From assembly GCA_964658025.1 (NCBI GenBank), contig CAZZXB010000041.1, positions 1 to 21,218 on the forward strand: 21,218 bases of DNA, in the 5' to 3' direction. Below are positions 9,318 to 16,087 of this stretch, piece by piece. Each line of letters starts with the position of its first letter. Positions within the stretch are counted from its first letter, which is position 1. Source of the DNA: an uncultured Janthinobacterium sp. (GTDB lineage Bacteria; Vulcanimicrobiota; Vulcanimicrobiia; Vulcanimicrobiales; Vulcanimicrobiaceae). The position numbers and the translations under genes were made by a program. The notes below the pieces were generated by a model. That model made no database searches. It was not told the DNA's origin and saw nothing but the letters and a program-made list of their open reading frames with translations.

Positions 9318-11720
9318 ATGCTCGCGACGATCTTCGTTCTTCTCGTCCTGGCGGTCGCATCGCCCGGTCCCGCCGCGACGGCGCCCGCGCCGGCCGTCGC
9401 GAACGCGGGCTGCACCGCGCCTTCCGCCCGCGTCCGATCGTCCGCGTCCGTGCCGGACGCGACGCCGAAGGCTTCACCCGCGCCCTGTCCGACCGCGGCG
9501 AGCGCGCTGCGCACGATCGGTCGCGCCGAAGCGCTCGGGCGGCGAGCGAATCTCGTCGGCAAGGCGCTCTCCGCGTCGACCGGGACGATCGCGCAGGACC
9601 AGATCGCGACGCGACCGCTCCTGCGCCCGGGCGAGGTGCTCGAAAGCATCCCCGGCCTCATCATCAGCCAACACAGCGGCGGCGGAAAAGCGAATCAATA
9701 TTACTTGCGCGGCTTCCAACTCGATCACGGAACGAATCTCGAAGCCGTCGTCGACGGCGTGCCCGTGAATCTCGGCTCGCACGCGCACGGCCAGGGCTAT
9801 TCCGACATCAACTATCTCATTCCGGAACTCGTGAGTTACGTCGAGTTCGAGAAGGGCACGTACTTCGCGGATCAAGGCGATTTCGCCGTCGCGGGCGGTT
9901 ACCGGCTGTTCTATCGCAACACGATCGCGCCGACGACGGAGTTCACGCTCGGCGATTACGGCTACGACCGCATCCTGCACGCGGATTCGGCGAACGTGGG
10001 AAGCGGGAAACTGCTCTATGCGGTCGAGATCGCGCACGACAACGGTTCGTACGTTCGTCCCGACGAGTACCATCGCTACAACGGCGTGTTGCGATACTCG
10101 CATTCGAGCGGTCCGGACGAGCTCGCCGTGACGGGGATCGCGTATAACGGCGCGTTCGATTCGACGGACCAGATCCCACAGCGGCTCGTGAGTGCGGGCC
10201 GGCTCAGCCGGTACGGCTACATCGATCCGTCCGATGGCGGAAACACGTATCGGTACGCTCTTTCCGGGCAACTGGCGCATACGGATCCGAACGGCGCCAC
10301 GAAATTCAACCTCTACGGCGTCGATTCGCTCCTCGATCTGTTCTCGAACTTCACGTATAACTATTTCGACGCGAACGATTACTTCAACGTGACGCGCAAT
10401 CCGATCACGTGTAATCCGGCGTACGCGACCTGCACGCCGAATACCGGCGCGAATCCCCGCACGAACGCTTACCAGTCGTACTGTCCGGCGAACGACTCCG
10501 CACCGGTCGGCGCGCGGCCGCATTCCGTCGTTCCCACGCCGTTCGCGTTCGCTTGCGGCGATCAACGCGAACAGGTCGACAAGCGTCTCTACTATGGGTT
10601 CGACACGAGCCGGAGTTTCGTCACGGCCCGCAGCGAGACCACGGTCGGCGCGGGTCTGCGCAACGACAACGCACCCGTCGTCGGATTGTACCTCACGAAC
10701 GATAAGCAACGATTCGCGAACGGAACGCTCAGCAGCGACCACGTGACGAACACATCCGAGTACGCGTACGTGCAAGCGCGCTTCCTCGTCGGATCGAAGC
10801 TCCGCGTGACCCCGGGCTTACGCTTCGATCGATTCGACTACGGCGTCGGCGCCTTCGACCCGGCGAATTCCGGAACGGCGAAGGAAGGGGTGCTCGATCC
10901 CAAACTCGCCCTCGCGTACGCATCGTCGCCGCACGACGAATTCTATGCGGATTACGGCGAGAGCTTCCACTCGAACGACGCGCGCGGCGTCATCGGCGAT
11001 CACGATCCGCAGACGCACGCATCGTTCGATTCGACGGGCGCGCCGCTCGCGTTCAACTCGCCGCTCACGCGCGCGGTCGGATACGAGCTCGGCTACCGCT
11101 ACGCGTCGCCGAAGATCGCGACCACGGCATCCGCGTTCCGGTTGATCGTCGCGAACGAATTGATCTTCGACGGCGATCACGGAACGACGTCGGTCGGAGG
11201 CCCGGACGTACGGCAAGGGTTCGAGCTCTCGAACTTCTACACGCCGACGAAGGCCCTCGCTTTCGACGCGGATCTCGCGACGACGACCGCGCGCTTTCTC
11301 ACCGATCCGCTACATCAGGGAACGGGCGTCCCGGAATCGCTCGCTGCGGTCGTCTCGACGGGCGCGACGGTCGACGAGCCGCACTACGGTGCGAGCCTAC
11401 GGATGCGGTATTTCGGTCCGCGCGTGCTCGACACGCAGGGCGACGCGACGTCGCCCCCCTCGATGGTCTTCAACGCGCAAGTCACGGCGAAACTCCGCGC
11501 CCGCACGAGCCTGACGTTCGACATGTTCAATATCTTGAACGCGGCCGTCCCGGACGTGACGTACTATTACGGCTCGTGGTTGAAGTCGGACGCCGCGAAT
11601 CCCGCGCTCGCAAACGATCCCACCGTCAATCCGGCGCTCGGCGGCGGCGGGGTGAACGATTACCACTTCCATCCGTCGCAAGCGCGGACGGTACGGCTGA
11701 CCTTGTCGACGGGCCTCTAA
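9318..11720 (+). CDS. TonB-dependent outer-membrane receptor (HSGGGKANQY..LDHGT plug subfamily; possible transition-metal uptake)
   Basis: ATG 9318 with GGGAG SD and a signal peptide. Plug RPGEVLESIPGL..QHSGGGKANQYYLRGFQLDHGT..DGVPVN..HAHGQGY..IPELV..EKG; barrel strands PGLRFD, FHSNDAR, FNILN; C-terminal DYHFHP..TVRLTLSTGL. Confidence 0.92.
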   Translation: MLATIFVLLVLAVASPGPAATAPAPAVANAGCTAPSARVRSSASVPDATPKASPAPCPTAASALRTIGRAEALGRRANLVGKALSASTGTIAQDQIATRPLLRPGEVLESIPGLIISQHSGGGKANQYYLRGFQLDHGTNLEAVVDGVPVNLGSHAHGQGYSDINYLIPELVSYVEFEKGTYFADQGDFAVAGGYRLFYRNTIAPTTEFTLGDYGYDRILHADSANVGSGKLLYAVEIAHDNGSYVRPDEYHRYNGVLRYSHSSGPDELAVTGIAYNGAFDSTDQIPQRLVSAGRLSRYGYIDPSDGGNTYRYALSGQLAHTDPNGATKFNLYGVDSLLDLFSNFTYNYFDANDYFNVTRNPITCNPAYATCTPNTGANPRTNAYQSYCPANDSAPVGARPHSVVPTPFAFACGDQREQVDKRLYYGFDTSRSFVTARSETTVGAGLRNDNAPVVGLYLTNDKQRFANGTLSSDHVTNTSEYAYVQARFLVGSKLRVTPGLRFDRFDYGVGAFDPANSGTAKEGVLDPKLALAYASSPHDEFYADYGESFHSNDARGVIGDHDPQTHASFDSTGAPLAFNSPLTRAVGYELGYRYASPKIATTASAFRLIVANELIFDGDHGTTSVGGPDVRQGFELSNFYTPTKALAFDADLATTTARFLTDPLHQGTGVPESLAAVVSTGATVDEPHYGASLRMRYFGPRVLDTQGDATSPPSMVFNAQVTAKLRARTSLTFDMFNILNAAVPDVTYYYGSWLKSDAANPALANDPTVNPALGGGGVNDYHFHPSQARTVRLTLSTGL

Positions 11721-12625
11721 TCGTCGACCGCGGTCGCGCGTCGTTGCGTCGGATACGCCCGACGTTCGAAAACGGCGTGGAGCGCCGTGAGTGCGATCGT
11801 GACGGACGCGAGTCCGGCGGCGAGGGCGAACGCCGCGACGAACGCGTCGTCGTTGTAGAGGATCTCGATGTGCAGCGGCACGGTATCGGTGAGCCCGCGG
11901 ATACGGCCCGAAATCACGGACACGGCTCCGAACTCGCCCATCGCGCGCGCGTTGCAGAGTAAGATGCCGTTGAGCAGCGCGTAGCGACCGTTCGGCAACG
12001 TGATGCGCCAGAACGTCTGCGGTACGGTGGCACCGAGCGAGAGCGCGGCCTCCTCGAGATCGCGACCCTGTTCCTGGAGAAACGCGGCGAACTCACGCGC
12101 GACGTACGGGAACGTCACGAAGATCGTGGCGAGCGCGATGCCGGGGGGCGCGAACGCCACGCGGAGTCCGTGGGCGACGAGCCACGCGCCGAGCGGCGCG
12201 TTCGCGCCGACGCAGAGCAGAATCGCGAGTCCGGCCACCACGGGCGAGACGCTGAGCGGAAGGTCGATCGCGCTCAGGAGCAGCGCTTTACCGGGAAAGC
12301 GGTATTTCGCGATCGTCCAACCCGCGAGGATGCCGAAGAGCGTGTTCGCGACGACGACGATCGCCGCGATTTCGAGCGTGAGCCGGATCGCGCTGCGCGC
12401 GTAACGATCGGAGAACGCGGCGAGAAACGCGCCGATCCCGGCGCGGAAGGCTTCGTAGAAAACGGAGACGAGCGGCAGGACGACGAGCGCGACGACGAAC
12501 GTGGCGCCGATCGCGATGCCGAGCGCGGCGAATCCGCCCGGACGGCGCGCGCCGGCGTCGCGTCCGCGCTCGCGGCGCGCGCGCGTCTCGACGGCGGTCC
12601 GCGCGGGCAGGGCGTCGACGCTCAC
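11717..12625 (-). CDS. cysW: Sulfate ABC transporter permease CysW
   Basis: IDLPLSVSPVVAG, FVTFPYVARE, EEAALSLGA (EAA loop), ARAMGEFGAVSVISG, PLHIEILYN. Confidence 0.93.
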   Translation of the reverse strand: MSVDALPARTAVETRARRERGRDAGARRPGGFAALGIAIGATFVVALVVLPLVSVFYEAFRAGIGAFLAAFSDRYARSAIRLTLEIAAIVVVANTLFGILAGWTIAKYRFPGKALLLSAIDLPLSVSPVVAGLAILLCVGANAPLGAWLVAHGLRVAFAPPGIALATIFVTFPYVAREFAAFLQEQGRDLEEAALSLGATVPQTFWRITLPNGRYALLNGILLCNARAMGEFGAVSVISGRIRGLTDTVPLHIEILYNDDAFVAAFALAAGLASVTIALTALHAVFERRAYPTQRRATAVDD

Positions 12626-13446
12626 GCGCGCACGCGACGCGCGATGAGTCGACGCTGCAACCCGTTGATCGCGACGAGGAGCGCGAAGGACGCGATCAAG
12701 AGCGCCGTCGCGAGCAGGGCGGCGCCTCGATAGTCGTACTCCTCGAGCCGCGTGACGATGAGGAGCGGCACGATCTCGGTGCGGAGCGGCATGTTGCCGG
12801 AGATGAAGACGACCGAACCGTATTCGCCGAGCGCGCGCGCGAGCGCGAGCGCGAAGCCCGCGAGGATCGACGGCACGAGCAGGGGCAACGAGATGCGGGC
12901 GATCGTCGCCGTACGGCTCGCGCCGAGCGATGCCGCCGCTTCGTCCAACTCGCGCGGCAACGCCGCGATCACCGGTTGCACCGTTCGCACGACGAACGGA
13001 AAACCCACGAACGCGAGCGCGAGACCGATGCCGAGCGGCGTATAGGCGACGTGGATGCCGTGCGCTTCGAGCAGACGTCCGACGACGCCGTGCGCGCTGT
13101 AGAGCGTCGCGAGCGCGATCCCGGTAACGGCGGTCGGAAGCGCGAGCGGGATATCGACGACCGCGTCGAGCGCGGCGCGACCGGCGAACCGATAGCGGAC
13201 GAGCATCCAGGCGACGAACGTGCCGGCCACGACGTCGACCGTCGCCGCACCGAGCGACGCGCCGAACGTCAACTCGAACGCCGAAAGCGCGCGCGGCGAG
13301 GTGAGGATCGCGAGGATGCGCGTGCCCGACATCCCGCTCGCCGCGAGCGCGACGACCGCGAGGGGCACGAGGATGCCGATCGTGACGACGGCGACGGTCG
13401 TGCCGACGGCGAAGGCCCGGCCGGGGATCGCGTCGCGCGTCGACAC
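12622..13446 (-). CDS. cysT: Sulfate ABC transporter permease CysT (CysU)
   Basis: VDIPLALPTAVTGIAL, PFVVRTVQPV, DEAAASLGAS, ARALGEYGSVVFISGNMP, LEEYDY. Confidence 0.94.
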   Translation of the reverse strand: MSTRDAIPGRAFAVGTTVAVVTIGILVPLAVVALAASGMSGTRILAILTSPRALSAFELTFGASLGAATVDVVAGTFVAWMLVRYRFAGRAALDAVVDIPLALPTAVTGIALATLYSAHGVVGRLLEAHGIHVAYTPLGIGLALAFVGFPFVVRTVQPVIAALPRELDEAAASLGASRTATIARISLPLLVPSILAGFALALARALGEYGSVVFISGNMPLRTEIVPLLIVTRLEEYDYRGAALLATALLIASFALLVAINGLQRRLIARRVRA

Positions 13447-13447
13447 G

Positions 13448-14443
13448 TCAGTGCGCCTGGTAGATCTGATCGAAGACGCCGCCTTCGGCGAAGAAGCGCT
13501 GCTGCGCCGCCTGCCATCCGCCGTACTGCGCGATCGTCGCGAGATCGAGCGCGGGGAATTTCGTCTTGCACCCCGCGAGGACGCTCGTCAGGCGGGGACG
13601 GTACCCTTGTTCGCATTCCAGTTTTTGCGCCGCGGGCGAATACAGATAGCGGAGGTAGGCTTCCGCGACCGCCTGCGTTCCGTGCTTGCGCACGTTCGCA
13701 TCGACGACGGCGACCGGCGGTTCCGCGAGGATGCTCGTTTTCGGGACGACGATCTCGTAGGCGCCCGGATGTTCGCGGACCGCGAGGAACGCCTCGTTCT
13801 CCCAGGCGAGCAACACGTCGCCGAGACCGCGTTCCGTGAAGGTAGTCGTGGCGCCGCGCGAGCCGCTGTCGAGAACCGGGACGTTTTTGTAGAGCGCGGT
13901 CACGTACGCGCGCGCCTTCGCGTCGTCGTTGCGATTACTGCGGAGACCGTAGTCGTAGGCGGCGAGAAAATTCCAGCGCGCGCCGCCGCTCGTCTTCGGG
14001 TTCGCGGTGATCACGGAGACGCCGTCGCCGATCAGATCGCCCCAACCGCGAACGTGCTTCGGGTTTCCCTTGCGGACCAAGAACACGACGGTCGAGGTAT
14101 ACGGCGTCGAATTGTCCGGAAGACGTCGCTGCCAATCCGGTGCCACGAGTTTCGCCTTCGCGATCGCGTCGATGTCGTATGCGAGCGCGAGCGTCACGAC
14201 GTCGGCATCGAGACCCTCGGTCACGGCGCGCGCCTGGGCGCCCGAGCCGCCGTGCGATTGTTGGATCGTAACGTCGCCGCCGTTCTTGGTCTTCCAATAC
14301 CTCGAGAAGAGCTCGTCGTACGCGGCGTAGAGTTCTCGCGTGGGATCGTACGACACGTTCAAGAGCGTCGAGTCCGCGGCGCTCGCGAAGCGCGGTACGA
14401 TCGTCGTCGCGATCAGCGCGAGAAGCGCGACCCCGCGCCTCAC
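13448..14443 (-). CDS. sbp: Periplasmic sulfate-binding protein
   Basis: Signal peptide, LLNVSYDPTRELY, QSHGGSGAQAR, ADVVTLAL, NPKTSGGARWN, DSGSRGATTTF, WENEA. Confidence 0.95.
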   Translation of the reverse strand: MRRGVALLALIATTIVPRFASAADSTLLNVSYDPTRELYAAYDELFSRYWKTKNGGDVTIQQSHGGSGAQARAVTEGLDADVVTLALAYDIDAIAKAKLVAPDWQRRLPDNSTPYTSTVVFLVRKGNPKHVRGWGDLIGDGVSVITANPKTSGGARWNFLAAYDYGLRSNRNDDAKARAYVTALYKNVPVLDSGSRGATTTFTERGLGDVLLAWENEAFLAVREHPGAYEIVVPKTSILAEPPVAVVDANVRKHGTQAVAEAYLRYLYSPAAQKLECEQGYRPRLTSVLAGCKTKFPALDLATIAQYGGWQAAQQRFFAEGGVFDQIYQAH

Positions 14444-15417
14444 GCGAGCGCCCCGTCGAAGGAGCGAAAGCGCGTCGGTTCGAGATAGAGCGTGAGATCG
14501 CGCCGCGGATCGAGCCGCGCGCGTTCGGTGCGGTCGAGTTCGGCCGTCAACGGCGTGCCGTCGTCGCCCGTCAGTTCCAGCAGCGTGCGCGGGCCGACGT
14601 CGAGCACGCGCTCGACGCGAGCCGGTCGCGCGGACGCGAACGCCTCGCGCTCGATCCGAAAATCTCCCGGACGAACGTAGAGCGTCGCGGCGTCCCGACG
14701 GAGCGCGTTGACCTCGCCGAAAAATCCCATCACGAACGGGTTCGCGGGTTCGGTATAGACGCGGCGCGGATCGTCCTGTTGTTGCACGACGCCGTCGCGC
14801 ATGACGACGATCCGATCGGCGATCTCGAGCGCCTCGTCGCCGTCGTGCGTGACGAGCAGCGTCGTGACGTGGGTGCGCTCGTGCAGGGCGCGTAGCGAGC
14901 GGCGCAAGTCCTTACGGACGTTCGCGTCGAGCGCGCCGAACGGTTCGTCGAGCAAGAGCGTCGAGGGACGCGCCGCGAGCGCGCGCGCGAGGGCGACGCG
15001 TTGCCGTTGTCCGCCCGAGAGTTCGTGCGGCCGACGCCGCTCGTACCCCGTGAGCTGGACGAGATCGAGTAACTCGCCGACGCGTTCCGCGATCTCGGCC
15101 GCCGGACGCTTGCGGACCGAAAGCGCGAAGCCGACGTTCTGCGCGACCGTCTGATGCGGGAACAGCGCGTAATTCTGGAAGACGAAGCCGACGTCGCGCT
15201 TGCCGAGCGGACGATCCGTCACGTCCTCGCCGTCGAGGCGCAACCGCCCGCGATCGGGCGTTTCGAATCCGGCGATGACGCGGAGCAGCGTCGACTTGCC
15301 GCAACCCGACGGTCCGAGCAACACCGCGAGCATTCCGCGCTCGACGCGCAGGTCGACGTCGCGAAGCGCTCGGACCGTTCCGAACGATTTGGAGAGATGT
15401 TCGACGACGACGCTCAT
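14440..15417 (-). CDS. cysA: Sulfate ABC transporter ATP-binding protein CysA
   Basis: Walker A GPSGCGKST, VFQNYALF, LSGGQRQRVALARALA, LLLDEPFGALDANVRKDLR, VTHD; GTGA overlap with sbp. Confidence 0.92.
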   Translation of the reverse strand: MSVVVEHLSKSFGTVRALRDVDLRVERGMLAVLLGPSGCGKSTLLRVIAGFETPDRGRLRLDGEDVTDRPLGKRDVGFVFQNYALFPHQTVAQNVGFALSVRKRPAAEIAERVGELLDLVQLTGYERRRPHELSGGQRQRVALARALAARPSTLLLDEPFGALDANVRKDLRRSLRALHERTHVTTLLVTHDGDEALEIADRIVVMRDGVVQQQDDPRRVYTEPANPFVMGFFGEVNALRRDAATLYVRPGDFRIEREAFASARPARVERVLDVGPRTLLELTGDDGTPLTAELDRTERARLDPRRDLTLYLEPTRFRSFDGALA

Positions 15418-15473
15418 CGTCGCCGTTTCCTGGACTGGATCACGATCGTGCCTCCGGTGAGATGGGAGAACAT

Positions 15474-15504
15474 AAAAAAGCTCCTCGCCGTATCGGCGAG
15501 GAGC
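15474..15504 (-). terminator. Intrinsic terminator (attenuator) in the cysA leader
   Basis: Minus strand GCTCCTCGCCG-ATA-CGGCGAGGAGC-TTTTTT: perfect 11-bp inverted repeat plus U6, lying between the promoter and cysA. Confidence 0.9.
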
Positions 15505-15540
15505 GAGAGCGAGAAACGTCCGACGTCTCGCGCGAGCCCG

Positions 15541-15600
15541 CTACACCGAACGGCGTACACCGCGGCAACAGAACGGGCGACAACAGACGCGCGCGAACAT
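15541..15600 (-). CDS. Cys-rich leader peptide MFARVCCRPFCCRGVRRSV (19 aa), probably leaderless
   Basis: ATG TTC GCG CGC GTC TGT TGT CGC CCG TTC TGT TGC CGC GGT GTA CGC CGT TCG GTG TAG. The ATG is 7 nt after the -10 box and the stop is 36 nt before the terminator stem. Confidence 0.82.
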   Translation of the reverse strand: MFARVCCRPFCCRGVRRSV

Positions 15601-15607
15601 TGCAGCG

Positions 15608-15637
15608 GTTATAGCACGCGCGCTCCGCCACCGTCAA
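15608..15637 (-). promoter_or_regulatory. Sigma70-type promoter for leader-cysA-sbp-cysT-cysW
   Basis: TTGACG (15637-15632), 18-nt spacer, TATAAC (15613-15608), preceded by TGn (extended -10). Near-consensus in a high-GC background. Confidence 0.8.
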
Positions 15638-15856
15638 CTCGCCCGCTCTCCTGGGGCGAAAAAACCCGCTCGGGCGCGTGTCTCGCTCGGAAGCCGGACC
15701 GCGAATGCTTCGAGGTCGTCGCGGGCGATCGTGCGTCGAGGTGAGTCCGCGCGGGTCGGGAAGCCGGGACCGCCGAGCGAGATCCCGGTGTTGGAGCGGT
15801 CGGTTCGATCGCGACCGATCTCGGTCGGGGTACGGGACGACGTCGACGGGCCTCCT

Positions 15857-15886
15857 TTGACAAGCGATGCGCCGTCGTGCTACGGT
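15857..15886 (+). promoter_or_regulatory. Sigma70-type promoter for leader-porin
   Basis: TTGACA (15857-15862), 18-nt spacer, TACGGT (15881-15886) with TGn extension. Same geometry as the divergent promoter; both spacers end in CGTGC. Confidence 0.75.
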
Positions 15887-15892
15887 CCGCGC

Positions 15893-15970
15893 ATGTTCTC
15901 GTCCGAAAACGACGTCTCGTGTTGTCGCGGTCCGCTAACGCGTCGTTCGGACGATCGGCAGCACGTGTAA
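15893..15970 (+). CDS. Cys-Cys leader peptide MFSSENDVSCCRGPLTRRSDDRQHV (25 aa), probably leaderless
   Basis: ATG 6 nt after the -10 box, tandem TGT TGT at 15920-15925, stop TAA 29 nt before the terminator stem. It is the tail of track ORF 15731..15970. Confidence 0.72.
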   Translation: MFSSENDVSCCRGPLTRRSDDRQHV

Positions 15971-15996
15971 TCTCGCATCCGATGCGACGGCTCACG

Positions 15997-16027
15997 AAAG
16001 CGCTCTCGTTTCGAGAGCGCTTTTTTT
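15997..16027 (+). terminator. Intrinsic terminator (attenuator) in the porin leader
   Basis: AAA-GCGCTCTCG-TTT-CGAGAGCGC-TTTTTTT: 9-bp GC-rich stem plus U7, 60 nt upstream of the porin ATG. Confidence 0.9.
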
Positions 16028-16087
16028 ACACCATCCTGCGAAACCGCTAACCGCGTTCTCCGGACGCATTTCCATCTCGAGGAGTCT

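Noticed and set aside
15418..16087. SAM riboswitch or T-box as the explanation for the leader terminators
   Set aside because: No recognisable SAM-I core or T-box (AAGGTGGTACC-like) motif by eye. The promoter-to-terminator space is largely filled by the Cys sORFs. An Rfam scan was not run.
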